Assembly (NCBI GenBank): GCA_965644315.1
Contig: CBFFRQ010000080.1
Span: 425,580-489,579 of the forward strand
Origin: Caecitellus pseudoparvulus
Lineage: Eukaryota; Protista; Bigyra: Bicosoecida
Length of the DNA stretch: 64,000 nucleotides
Reading direction: 5' to 3'
Below, in pieces: positions 1 through 10,677 of this stretch. The position numbers were made by a program, and so were the translations under genes. A model generated the notes under the pieces. The model did no database searches. It had not been told where the DNA came from and saw only the letters and a list, made by a program, of their open reading frames with translations. Numbering within the stretch: position 1 is the first letter of the stretch; each line of letters begins with the position of its first letter.

Positions 1-465
1 TCTGCCCTGTGTCAAAGTTGAAGTAGTACACCTGTGCCAGCGATGTGACGGTGGGTAGAGTGAGGGGCTCGTGCCGACGGGCAAGCCAAGCGACACGCAC
101 CTCCCCTGTTGCCTTGACTTTGCAGGGCTTCCACGGAGCAGCGAGTGGCTCTTTCAAGCCTGCAGGTGCCAGGTCGTTTCAAATATCCGTCTGCCAAAGG
201 GCGATGCCTCGCCACCCACACTCACCTTCGATGAGAACGTGCTCCACCAGCGGCAAAGCCTCCATGTCAAGCTGGAAAAAGTCCAGGAACTCCACTATTT
301 CATCTCGGCTTGGCTCGTATGCGGGGTCCACCTCTTCCTGCAAGGTGCACTTCCCGTCGAGCCATGAGGCCTTGCACCAGTCGATGCAGACGGCCCCGGG
401 ATAGAGCGCCAGGCTTCGCCTGCGCACACATGACCCACCTCCAACACGATGCTTTCGTCCGCCAT
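1..465 (-). CDS. CEP164: CEP164-like centriolar WW-domain protein, N-terminal part (multi-exon, runs off the left edge)
   Basis: Manual splicing of 4 GT-AG exons gives MADESIVLE|EEVDPAYEPSRDEIVEFLDFFQLD...LIEG|LKEPLAAPWKPCKVKATGE|VYYFNFDTGQ. This matches the CEP164 N-terminal 'LEE..D..YEP..EEI.EY' helix followed by a WW domain. Confidence 0.8.
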
Positions 466-997
466 ATTATAAACTCAGACGCTCTTCTGGGGGGGGGGGG
501 GGGCAGGCAAGCCCTCCAGTGCCTTGCAAGGGAGCCCTCGATGGCCTGAAGTGGTTGGTTTCGGACAGAGCGAAACTCCAGCCAGCAACCAAGCCAGTGC
601 TTGACGCTGTCGCTTGCCGGCTTCGGCGGGAGAGAGTTCCGCGAGAAAGGATAAGAGTGGCAACTTTCAAGGCAGGCTGTGGGGCGGGGTGACTGTGTTT
701 TGTTTTGTTTGGGGGCCCATCGTTGCGAATGAAGTGTCGGCGAGGAGGAAAAATGGGGAAGAAGTTGCGAGGTGGAAGCCACGGCACCGGAGGGAGCCAC
801 GGAGAGCGCGGCAAAGAACTGCTGGACAATAAACAAAACCCCCACTATAAGCAACCTGGGAGGCCTTTCCACCTCTCGCCGGAACCCGTGCCTCAGTCCG
901 AATCGCAGCCAAGCTTGCGCTCCAGCTTGCGCGTGATCTGCACACCACGCAGTGGCAGTCAAGGTTGCCAGCCTGAAAGCCAGAGTTTGCTGACAGC

Positions 998-2462
998 ATG
1001 GCAGCCGGAATCCGTGGTCTGGTGTCGAAGAAGAAGGTCCGCTACCAGCAGGATGGCTTCGACTTGGACTTGACATACATGTGGGTGGCGCTGAGGCAGT
1101 GCACCACCACTGGCGCAGGCCCGGGCGGTGAACTGCGCCGCGTTCAGCCCCGCGTCGACGCCTGGCCTGAAATCAAAGCGCATGAAATGTTTCTCTTCTT
1201 CTCAGTGATCCCCCCGGGCGCCCGGACTACCACCGTGCGTCATGCTGCAGGCCGCGCCGGGTGTGGTTGCTCGCGACACCTGCCACGGCCACACGCCGGA
1301 GAAGCTCCCCGCGGCTGCGAACACCTGTGCGGCGCGCTTTGTTCACAGAACGCATCATCAGCATGGGTTTCCCTTCTGAGGGCACAGAGGCGACGTACCG
1401 CAACCCGCTGTCCGAGGTGCAGCGCTTCTTCAAGGAGAAGCACCCTGGGCAGAAGGTCCGCATCTACAACCTGTGCTCTGAACGTGGGTATCCTCCCAGC
1501 AAGTTCGACGGCATCGCGAGCTGCACTGCGTACACCTTTGACGACCACAACCCTGTGAGTGGTCCCCTCGCCGCCGTGCCTGTGAAACTGCGCTGAAACG
1601 CTGACTCCCTCGGCACGCGTTGTCGCAGGCTCCCCTGTCCGTCATCCGGGCGTGCGTGGAGGACATGCACGACTTCCTGAGCAAAGACCCCCAGAACGCT
1701 GTGGCAGTGCACTGCAAGGCTGGCAAGGGGCGGACGGGCACCATCATCTCCGCCTTCATGGTGCGGGAGGGTCTGGCACGAGATGCGATGGAGGCGTTGA
1801 AGATATTCGGCGAGATCCGGACGTCCAACGGCAAGGGTGTGACCATCCCCTCCCAGATGCGGTATGTGCACTACTACGAGCAGTGCCTGCGCCACGGCTT
1901 CGAGAGCTTCCCCGTGAAGACGTACCGCATTCGCCACATCCGCCTGATCACGGTGCCCAACTTTGACGTGGGTGGGGGCTGTGACCCCTTCTTCGACGTG
2001 CGCCTGGCCGTGTGGGACGACAAGAAGAAGACCCACGTGATGAAGAAGATCTTCGACTACTACAAGACCGTGAAGAAGGTGCGCAACTACCGCCCCAGAG
2101 ACAAGTACGCCGACATCGACGTTGAGGAGTACGATGTGCGAGTGCGGGGGGACGTCAAGATCGTCCTGTATGACTACGACACCGTCGGTGGCAACGACAA
2201 GATGGCGCACTTCTGGTTCAACACCGGCTTCGTCACGAACAACTACCTGCTCCTGCACAAGGAGGTGGTGGACCGCGCCTGCAAGGACAAGCACAACAAG
2301 GAGTTCGACGCCGACTTTAAGGTGGAGGTGTTCCTGGACGAGTTGACGGGGGAGGAGGCCAACATTATCATCGAGGGTGAGGAGGTGCTGGACGACCGTG
2401 AGGACGGCGCTGAGGATGCCGAGGCGGACGCAGCTGCTGCTGGGGGCGGTGCAGCCGAGTAA
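998..2462 (+). CDS. PTEN: PTEN-like phosphatidylinositol 3-phosphatase (phosphatase + C2 domain), 4 exons: 998-1080, 1206-1234, 1349-1554, 1629-2462
   Basis: Contains N-terminal VSKKKVRYQQDGFDLDLTY, RIISMGFP, YNLCSER, FDDHNP, catalytic HCKAGKGRTG, GVTIPSQMRY and a C2 region VRGDVKI...HFWFNTGF. Confidence 0.95.
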
Positions 2463-2712
2463 CGGCGGCACGCCTTGCACCCACCCTCCCAGAAGCCTGT
2501 GATTTCTCATTGCTCCCTGTGTGTTTCCGTCGGCTGTGGTCGCCAGGTACCTGATCGGCGCGTACAAATGCACCACACGCCGAACTCCACGATAGTGGGC
2601 CTTTCAAAACACAACTGTCCTGGAATCAGGCCCTGATTCACCACCGTGACCCGGTGAATGCATTCCTTCGCCACACGTTTGGGAGTGCACAGCGGCCACG
2701 TTTGCCAGCGAC

Positions 2713-5700
2713 ATGCAGGGTGGCCAGGAAGCGACTGCAGCCGGCAGCCAAGCTGGGGCCTCCAGCGCTGAGACAGGGAGCACATCCCAAGCCCCACACG
2801 AGGCAAGCGCATTATCAGAGAGTGATGTTGCCCCGCCGGTGTTCAGGAGCCATGCTGCGAGGCAGAAAGCTGAGATGGAGGCGCGGCAGGTGTGTGCAGC
2901 GTTTCTGCGCCGCATGCGACCCAGCGCGCCTGGCCAGCTTTTCCCGCTCACCTGCTGGCTTGCTTCACATGTGCAGGTGTCTGAGATGATCATGGAGAGG
3001 AAAGAGAGCTGGAGGCTGCCGAGTGACCACCCTGAGGCCGATGTGATGTCTGCCATCGAAGCCGGGCACGAGCTGGACGATGTAGGCGGCATTGTGGAGG
3101 CAGCAGGCGCTGGCGGAGACGACGCGGCGCCAGTGGAGTCCCTCCTTGCCCCTCGCAGCGAGCGGCAGGGTGGGCCAGGTGTAGAGGGTGGCAGTGCAGG
3201 CGCTTCGTCGGGTGACGGGGCACAAGCCGAGGCGCCGCCGCCGCGCCCCCCAGCCATCCAGGCGCCTCACCCTCCCGGCTCTGTGTCAGGCAGTGATGGT
3301 GAGGAGGAGCAGGACGCAGAGGCGGCAGCTGCAGCGACAAAGGCTAAGGAAGAGGCCCGCATCCTGCGCATCCTGGAGACACCCCCTCGGGCACGGGGCT
3401 CGCACGAGGTGGACTTCCTGGCGAAGTACCTGCGAGCCAAGGCGCCGAAGCTGTTCGCAGACATGCCAGGGGAGGCAGTGCGCACCGTCGCGCGCAGAGC
3501 GACGCTGCATGTGTCGCGGCCACAGGAAGTGCTCTTCACCCAGGGCGAGAAGGGGGACAAGTACTTCTTGATCCTGCGGGGGCAAGTGGACATCCACGTC
3601 GCGACGGGGAACCAGGCCATCTCCGCCCTCACCCGCGCGACGAGGGAGTACGCCGACCACGTCGTGGAGTACACAAGCCGTGTGGAGCGCGTGAGCGCCC
3701 GGCGCGCAGCTGCCCGGGTGCGCGCGCAGCGCCAGGCACTGCTGGGGCGCAAGGAAGCCTCTAGCGAAGAGGCGGAGGCAGCAGCTGCGGAGGAGGAGGC
3801 GGCTGCCCAGCGCAGCCGCCGCGCAGACGCCCTGTCCTCTGGCATGAGTGATAAGGATGCCGCCTTGCGGGAGGAGGCGCACCGGTACCCACCCCTGCTG
3901 TTCACCATGGCTGACGCCCGGACATACCCCCCTGGAGTGGCACGTGAGGGTATTGTCGTTCGGTCTGAAGCTGCCAAGCGGCACGATGAGAACGCTGCCA
4001 AGGCACAAGACTCCCTGTATGAGCAAATCGCCGCGCAGCAGGCTGCACAGATGATGAAGCGGGCGGCCGGCGGGGGGGGCGGCGATGCTGAGCGGGAGCT
4101 GGAGCTGACGACACAGGCGGCGCTGGCACTGGCTTCTCAACTGAACCGTAAGCGCCTGGTGGGCAAGATCACCACAGCGGTGACCAAGGGCTCCCAGACA
4201 CCTGCCGCCTACCGTGGCGTGGACTTCTTCCAGCTCCTCGGCAGCAAGCTCGGGTACAACAACGTGCACGACAAGGAGTGCCCCCTGCGGGTGCCCATGA
4301 CCGTGCAGGCCAAGGATCTGGGCAATGTCGTGGTGACGCTGCCACCTGGCGCAGGCTTTGGCGAAATCGCCCTGCTGGGTGCAGCCCAGGGCATGAAGCC
4401 CCCGCCTGGGCAGGACGACTTCACGCCTGCGCAGAAAGCTGAGATCGAGAAGCTGTCCAAGCGCAATGCCTCAGCAGTGTGTGTGGGGAGCAAGGGCTTC
4501 GACGCGGAGCTGGGGCGAGTGGTGGGGGATGACGTGCAGGAAGCGGAAGATGTGGCGGAGGCACGAGCGTCCCCCACGGGGCGGGGCCCCGGCAGCCCCG
4601 TCCGCAACGCAGCCGGTGCAGCTCCCGGTGACTTCTCCAAGGACGCCATGTTCGGTGCCCACCCCGATGACGACCGGGACAAGAAGAGCATCTTGCGGGG
4701 CCTGACGTACCTCCTGGTGATTGACAAGGAGACGTACCTGGAGTCCCTCACGGAGAAGGCGCGCCAGGAGCTGGACGTGAAGATGCAGTTCCTGCGCCAC
4801 GGCATGGGGCTGCCCCTCTTCACAGACTGGCCCACCCGCCGCCTGACCACCATCGCGTACGCGCTGAAGGAGAAGGCCTTTCCCCTGCGAGCACCCATCT
4901 TCACACGGGGCAGCCCTGTGAAGGGTGTGTACTTCATCGTCACTGGTTTCGTGCGCGTGACGGCGTACGCCAAGCGCAAGGCGCCCCCGCAGGGCCTCGC
5001 CAAGACGCTGGGCACCAGCACCAAGGGCATGGGCAGTGCGCGCTCTCGAGTGCACCAGTTCGCCCTCACCAACCAGCGCCTCCCCGTGTCCGTGGTCACC
5101 CTGGGGCCCGGCAGCGTCGTGGGGGACCTCGGCCCCAAGGGCGTCCTGCCCGACGCCCGCCACACCACCAGCGCCGTGGCTGAGAGCTCCACCGTGACCA
5201 CCTTCTTCCTGCCCCAGCACGACTTCCTGAACCTGGTCATGCGGCAGACAGACACGTGGGTGGCGGCGCGTCTGGCGGCGGAGGGTCAGCGCCGCATGCA
5301 GGGGCAGCGCTCCGCCATGGCCTCCCTGGGCTTGTCAGCGGACATCCTGGCGTCCCTGACGCCCTCCCAGCGCAGTGCCCTGGGCGGGCCGGCAGAGGGT
5401 GTGGCCGCCCCCGAGCCGTATGCTTTTGGGTACGGTGACGGCAACGAGTACTGGGAGACGTTGCAGGGTGTCGGCTCCAACCGCAACGTCAAGTTCCAGG
5501 CGGATCCGAAGCCGGCGGAGGACGGCTTGCCGCCTGGCATCCTGCGGGACAGCGCAGCAAGCGCACCCCGCAAGGCCCCCCGTAAGCCCCGCAAAGCAAA
5601 GGACGCCTTGACGCAGTCCATCCTGGATGCCAAGCGTGCGAAGCGGCAGGCAGCTGAAGCTGCTGCTCAGGCCGCCCAACGTGCAGAATCCTTCGCAGCT

Positions 5701-8700
5701 GTGTCCTCCTTGCAGGTGGAAGGCAAGGCGGGCACATCGCACGGCGACGCGCTCGTGGGGGAGTGGCACAGTCGCACGGCTGCACGCCGAGAGCGTGCCA
5801 TCGCCCGACAGCGCGCAGCCAAGGTGCAGGCGGACCGAGCCGCTGTGCGCAAGGTGGCCCGGCAGCGGGGGCAAGAGCTGCAGGAGAGCGCCAGTGCGGG
5901 GGAGCTGCGTGCGGCACAGGAGGCCTCCATGAAGCTGCTGGCCAAAATGGAGGCGGACGTGGGCGACGATGACCACGAGGCGGACGCGTGGCTGCGGGCG
6001 ACGGCGGGGCGGCAGCTGGCCGGCTCCTCCACCCGCTTCGCAGTGCCAGTGCTGGCTGAAGGGCTGGCGTCGGCGGCGTACGCGACGCTGCAGGCCAGTG
6101 ACAAGGGCCGCCAACGGCAGGACTTCACCGTCACGCCGTGCATGGCGCTGTCTTCAGCGGGGCAGGCCGCCAAGCCGGTCACCATGGTGGGTGGCGCCCT
6201 GCGGGTGTCCCTGCCGCCCTCCCGCCTGCGCTCCGCCGCTAGCCTGCCGCACCTCATCATGGGCTCGGCCACCGCCCTGCCGCTGCCGCTGCCGCCGCCA
6301 CCCCCCAAAGGCATGCCGCCGCCCACAGTGCTGGAGCGGGCAGACATGCCCCTCCTGCGCATCTCTGACGCCTTGGACAGTGCCCGCACCAGCCACGTGT
6401 CTGCCCTGCGACGCCTGGCTCAGACGACGGGTGCGGATGGGGGGCCTCTGGGCGTGCCGCTCTCTGCACGCACGGCACGTGGGATGCGCCTTGGGGCAGG
6501 GGGGGGCTACCGGCGCGCCATGACGCCCCCTGGGCGCTGGCCTGGCCGCCGCGGCAGCTCGGGGGCCATGGCTGGAGGCATGGTGGGCTCCTTCGCCCTC
6601 TCTGCTGCTCTGCGCCAGATTGGCTCCCCCTCCTCCTCGCCTGCTAGCGCCGCCTCCCCTGACGGCGCCAGTCCACGGTCCATGCCGGACCCAGAGGTCT
6701 TTGCCGCTGCGCGGGCAGAGGTGCTGGCACGAGCGGCTGCCGCGACATCGGGAGGAGACGTCGTGTTCTCCACCCCGGTGCCGGTGGCCGCGGAGAAGGC
6801 TGGCCCTCGGGCGCTGTCCCCGGGCGCCCTGGCGCAGCACGACGCAGGGCAAGGTGCCATGGCCGCCACATTTGCGGCGGGCTCAGTGCCCTTCTCAGCC
6901 TCTAGCGTGCCCCTTGTACCACGGGGCGAAGAGGGTGCCAGGGCCTCCTCTGCGCCATCCACGACACGAGAGGCACAGGCCCTGCCGCCCAGCACCTCCC
7001 ACAAAGCCTTCTTGCCGCGGGAAGTGCGGGACACGCTGACGTCAGTGGAGCGGGGCCATGGCCCTCTGGGTGCTGCCGTCACCATCAACACCGCTGCCGT
7101 GTCGCCGCTGGCACACACGGGCCACTCCCCCGTCCACCAACGTGCCGGGGGACAGGGTTCGCCCCACGCCTCCACGCCAGCCAGCCGCTCACGGCCCCGT
7201 CTGCCGCCTGCCAGCGCCCGGGAGGTGGGCGAAAGCAAGGCATCTGTGACCAGCCTGCCCATGCCGCTGCAGGGGCGCCTGCTGACCGATGGAACCACGA
7301 CGACTGTGGAGCGCGTCAAGTACTACCACGAGACGGGGGCTGCCCACGGCGCCCTGCCGCCGTCCCTGGAGGGCATTGCACACCGCCAAGCCCTGGCCCA
7401 TCGCCCAGCTGCACCCTCCGCCCGGGACATTTCTGTGGCCTCCACCGCGTCCTTGCGCCTGGGCTCGCCCCCTGTCAGCGGGCGTGTCAGCGCTGCCAGC
7501 AGCGCGGGGGCCGTGCACAACCACGTGGACACCAAGCCCATCATCGGCTCCACCAGGCGGGGGGGCAAAGTTGGCGGAGCAGGGGCTTTCGGCAGGCTGG
7601 GCAGTAGCTCGGGGCGCGGCGGCGGGCGGGTGGGCGGCGGTGGCGGACTGATCGACCGCCTTCTCTCTCACAAGGACGTCGCCAACATGGACCCCGCTGA
7701 AATCGCAGAGGCCCTGCGGTACGACGCGCCACAGCACGTCATCGCACGGTACGCCGAGGTGGGGCGGCGGCGCAAGCAGGCAGTGGAGGGCGGCGCCGCC
7801 TCCAGCCACCCCAGCGCCACGCGGCCGTCATCCACCTTTGTCTCTGCAGGGTCGCGCGTGCTGAGCAAGGAGGCGCTGGGCACCGGCTTCGCAGGCGGCG
7901 GAGGTGTCGGCCCAGGCACAGGGAAGGGCGTCACGGCAGGTGGGCGTGCCGCCGTGCTGGACACCCTGCGCAGCGAGTACGAAGACGTCAGCTGGCGCCA
8001 AGCTGCCGGGCGCGAGCCCATCACGCCTCGTGTGGGGGCTGCTGGCAAGCACGGCAAGCCGCCCTCCACCGCTGAGGCGGGCAGCCGCATGCCTGCTGCG
8101 CCGTCTCTCGTGGATGCCGCTGCGGCGCACAGCGGGTCGGGGGTGGGGTCCAAGGCTGGTCAGCGTGGCAAGCGACACGCAGGCCCCATCCCGCCGTGGA
8201 TGCAGCTCATGGCGGCGTCGGGGCACAAGCAGCGCGCCCTGCGAGACGTGACTGTGGCTGAGGCCGCCGGTGTCGAGATCGGCAGCGGCAAGGACCCCCT
8301 CATCACGCAGAGCGGCGTGGCCAGCCGCGCCTTGGCCATCCAGCAGGAGAAAGACGCCATTCGCCGCCTGGCTGCAGTGCGGGCGGGGGAGCTCCCAGAC
8401 CGCGTGGGTGTGGAGGGGCCCATCGTTCCATCTGAAGCAGGCGGCATCATCGCCGCAGGGGCCCAGCGCCGCCCTGACTGGGAGGACGAGTCGCGCCCCT
8501 GGCGCCAGGGCGCCGTCATTGAAGCTCGTGTGCGGGCGGCACTGGCAGGGCAGGAAGGGCCCAACGCCACCCAGGGGGCTCCGTTGGTACGCCCCCCCAG
8601 CTCCGCCCGGCCAGCCACGCGCTCATCCTCAGGCTTGTCGGGGCGCACGCAGCATGTGTATAATTCTGCTCGGGGCGTCACAGCCAAGCATGCGGGGCCC

Positions 8701-10569
8701 GCTGCTCCGTCAGCACCCACACGGCGCAAGGGGGTGTTGGGCAAGCAGCAGCGAGCAGCGGTGCTGCGCGGCAAGGGCCGGCGTTTGAAGCCGGCTGCCT
8801 TCGCAACACAGGAGCGCAAAGCATCCACCCCAGACGAACTTGAGCGGGCGGAGTCCCACCAAGCCAGCGTCAGCGGTGGAGTGGAGGCGCCCGCCCGATT
8901 TGAAGTGCGGGATGCGCACGCTGCCGGCCCTGGGGAGGGGGAGGACCTGCACTTTGCCAACGAGTACGCAGCAGCCATCGCCGCCTCGTCCATGAAACCA
9001 CGCTGGTCGGTGTCCAGCCTGGGTGCCCTGGGCCAGCTGGCGCAGCGTGCCTCGGAGGAGCGGTGGTCCAAGCAGACCCAAGCCGCCGAGGCTGAGCGGT
9101 TGTCCGAGGCGGTGCTGGGCTCGGCGGACACCGCGCCCGGCGCGGCACATGGAGCCGCTGGTGGCTTGCAGGTGACACATCGAGGCCTGCAGCGCGCCGG
9201 CACGTCAGCTGTGACCTTCGCCTCTGCCCGAGGCCTGGGCAGCACTGGCACGCTGGGGGGCTCCTTTGCCACGATGCCGAATTCCGGAGCCTCCTCTGCC
9301 CGCCTGGGCAGTGGTGGAGCTTCCTCCAGCAGGTTCATGCAGAGCATGCCCAAGCACGTCTTTGCAGACTGGGCGGGAGCTGGCGTCGGGCGCAGCTCAG
9401 TGCCCAGCCTTGCCCTGCCTAGCGAACAGTCCTCCAAGTCACAGGCAGAGGAGTCGCCTCAGCTGCAGGGTGAGGCGCTGTTGGACAGGGGCTTTGGGGC
9501 GGAGGCGGCCGCGGAGCCTGTGCCGCCTCCTCGCACAGCCACGGATACCCCCACCGCCTCCACCCAGCAGACCAGCGAAGGCGACGGGCCTGCAGACGAA
9601 GATGGCGACGCAGTGGCAGAGCTGCCCCAGAGCCCGATCGGGGGTGTGGAGGGGGGCGTACACCCTCCCCCCTCCGTGACGCCAACTGCTGCCGCGCCGT
9701 CCGTCATGGTGCACGCCCCCTGGCAGGGAGCAGCCGTGCAGGATGCCCCGAAGCGCACGGCTGGCAAGGTCACAGGGGCTCCCCTGCTCCCCCCGCCGCC
9801 CACTGGCATGCAGCGCCCAGCGGTCAGCGCATCCAGCATCGCCCAGTTCACCTCAGCGGCAGCGAGCACCAGCGACGTGGTGGAGACTGAGGCGCGCCAC
9901 ACTGCCGGCAGTGCTGGCGCCCACGTACCTGATGCTACGGGCTTTGGTGTGGCCGCGCCCGCCGTGTCTGTCGGCGTCTCCCCCATGCGCAGTCGAAGCG
10001 GTACGGCCTCCAGCCTGGACAGCGGCGAGGGGTCCACTGGCAGCCCCACAGCGCGCTCCCGCCGCCGCCACCTTTCCAGACACGCGCAGAAGTCGCACCA
10101 GTACACGACAGCTGAGCAGAAGATGGAGCGGGCAGCCCTGCCGCTGATGCTGCCTTCGGCAGTGAACGGCAAGCTGGTAGCTGCTCCAGCCGCAGCCGCC
10201 GTGCCTGACGCGCCTGAGGCCGCCCCGTCCACCCCCACGCCTGCGCCCCCCACACTGGTGACGACAGAGCCAGCACGGACGACGACGGTTGAAAGTGCGG
10301 ATGGACTGGGGGATGGCGAGCTGGCTGGGCCGCTGCCGCCGGTGCACTCCCCCATGGGCCGCGCAGGCAGGCAGTCCACCACCGGCAGCGACGTCTTCTC
10401 CGAGCTGAGTGACGAGGAGGCTGCAGGGCACACTGGCGAGCCGGCAACCCCGGCACAGAGCCAGCCTCGCTCGGCACTGGGCACCCCTGCTAGTGTCCTG
10501 GGCGGTCGGCACAGTGCGATGGAGTCCCCGGCTGGCGCCGCCATCGACATGCCGACCCAGTCGCCTTGA
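2713..10569 (+). CDS. Giant (~2600 aa) cyclic-nucleotide-binding domain protein with a long low-complexity tail (probable in-frame intron ~2890-2976)
   Basis: Has cNMP-domain motifs LFTQGEKGDKYFLILRGQV, GAGFGEIALL and RNASA, and a second copy IFTRGSPVKGVYFIVTGFV...LGPGSVVGD. The ORF is uninterrupted for 7.8 kb. Confidence 0.75.
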   Translation: MQGGQEATAAGSQAGASSAETGSTSQAPHEASALSESDVAPPVFRSHAARQKAEMEARQVCAAFLRRMRPSAPGQLFPLTCWLASHVQVSEMIMERKESWRLPSDHPEADVMSAIEAGHELDDVGGIVEAAGAGGDDAAPVESLLAPRSERQGGPGVEGGSAGASSGDGAQAEAPPPRPPAIQAPHPPGSVSGSDGEEEQDAEAAAAATKAKEEARILRILETPPRARGSHEVDFLAKYLRAKAPKLFADMPGEAVRTVARRATLHVSRPQEVLFTQGEKGDKYFLILRGQVDIHVATGNQAISALTRATREYADHVVEYTSRVERVSARRAAARVRAQRQALLGRKEASSEEAEAAAAEEEAAAQRSRRADALSSGMSDKDAALREEAHRYPPLLFTMADARTYPPGVAREGIVVRSEAAKRHDENAAKAQDSLYEQIAAQQAAQMMKRAAGGGGGDAERELELTTQAALALASQLNRKRLVGKITTAVTKGSQTPAAYRGVDFFQLLGSKLGYNNVHDKECPLRVPMTVQAKDLGNVVVTLPPGAGFGEIALLGAAQGMKPPPGQDDFTPAQKAEIEKLSKRNASAVCVGSKGFDAELGRVVGDDVQEAEDVAEARASPTGRGPGSPVRNAAGAAPGDFSKDAMFGAHPDDDRDKKSILRGLTYLLVIDKETYLESLTEKARQELDVKMQFLRHGMGLPLFTDWPTRRLTTIAYALKEKAFPLRAPIFTRGSPVKGVYFIVTGFVRVTAYAKRKAPPQGLAKTLGTSTKGMGSARSRVHQFALTNQRLPVSVVTLGPGSVVGDLGPKGVLPDARHTTSAVAESSTVTTFFLPQHDFLNLVMRQTDTWVAARLAAEGQRRMQGQRSAMASLGLSADILASLTPSQRSALGGPAEGVAAPEPYAFGYGDGNEYWETLQGVGSNRNVKFQADPKPAEDGLPPGILRDSAASAPRKAPRKPRKAKDALTQSILDAKRAKRQAAEAAAQAAQRAESFAAVSSLQVEGKAGTSHGDALVGEWHSRTAARRERAIARQRAAKVQADRAAVRKVARQRGQELQESASAGELRAAQEASMKLLAKMEADVGDDDHEADAWLRATAGRQLAGSSTRFAVPVLAEGLASAAYATLQASDKGRQRQDFTVTPCMALSSAGQAAKPVTMVGGALRVSLPPSRLRSAASLPHLIMGSATALPLPLPPPPPKGMPPPTVLERADMPLLRISDALDSARTSHVSALRRLAQTTGADGGPLGVPLSARTARGMRLGAGGGYRRAMTPPGRWPGRRGSSGAMAGGMVGSFALSAALRQIGSPSSSPASAASPDGASPRSMPDPEVFAAARAEVLARAAAATSGGDVVFSTPVPVAAEKAGPRALSPGALAQHDAGQGAMAATFAAGSVPFSASSVPLVPRGEEGARASSAPSTTREAQALPPSTSHKAFLPREVRDTLTSVERGHGPLGAAVTINTAAVSPLAHTGHSPVHQRAGGQGSPHASTPASRSRPRLPPASAREVGESKASVTSLPMPLQGRLLTDGTTTTVERVKYYHETGAAHGALPPSLEGIAHRQALAHRPAAPSARDISVASTASLRLGSPPVSGRVSAASSAGAVHNHVDTKPIIGSTRRGGKVGGAGAFGRLGSSSGRGGGRVGGGGGLIDRLLSHKDVANMDPAEIAEALRYDAPQHVIARYAEVGRRRKQAVEGGAASSHPSATRPSSTFVSAGSRVLSKEALGTGFAGGGGVGPGTGKGVTAGGRAAVLDTLRSEYEDVSWRQAAGREPITPRVGAAGKHGKPPSTAEAGSRMPAAPSLVDAAAAHSGSGVGSKAGQRGKRHAGPIPPWMQLMAASGHKQRALRDVTVAEAAGVEIGSGKDPLITQSGVASRALAIQQEKDAIRRLAAVRAGELPDRVGVEGPIVPSEAGGIIAAGAQRRPDWEDESRPWRQGAVIEARVRAALAGQEGPNATQGAPLVRPPSSARPATRSSSGLSGRTQHVYNSARGVTAKHAGPAAPSAPTRRKGVLGKQQRAAVLRGKGRRLKPAAFATQERKASTPDELERAESHQASVSGGVEAPARFEVRDAHAAGPGEGEDLHFANEYAAAIAASSMKPRWSVSSLGALGQLAQRASEERWSKQTQAAEAERLSEAVLGSADTAPGAAHGAAGGLQVTHRGLQRAGTSAVTFASARGLGSTGTLGGSFATMPNSGASSARLGSGGASSSRFMQSMPKHVFADWAGAGVGRSSVPSLALPSEQSSKSQAEESPQLQGEALLDRGFGAEAAAEPVPPPRTATDTPTASTQQTSEGDGPADEDGDAVAELPQSPIGGVEGGVHPPPSVTPTAAAPSVMVHAPWQGAAVQDAPKRTAGKVTGAPLLPPPPTGMQRPAVSASSIAQFTSAAASTSDVVETEARHTAGSAGAHVPDATGFGVAAPAVSVGVSPMRSRSGTASSLDSGEGSTGSPTARSRRRHLSRHAQKSHQYTTAEQKMERAALPLMLPSAVNGKLVAAPAAAAVPDAPEAAPSTPTPAPPTLVTTEPARTTTVESADGLGDGELAGPLPPVHSPMGRAGRQSTTGSDVFSELSDEEAAGHTGEPATPAQSQPRSALGTPASVLGGRHSAMESPAGAAIDMPTQSP

Positions 10570-10677
10570 GCGACGCGCAGGCACATCCCCAATGCACGAA
10601 CAAAGTACAAGTGCCATGTCATGCATGGCAGTGCAGCGTCGGACCCTGCCTCCTGGACCTTTCAAACTTCTTGCAAC

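Noticed and set aside
1081-1348. Possible non-canonical or U12-type first intron in PTEN
   Set aside because: It is fully explained by two canonical GT-AG introns around a 29-nt exon, and there is no U12 5' consensus.
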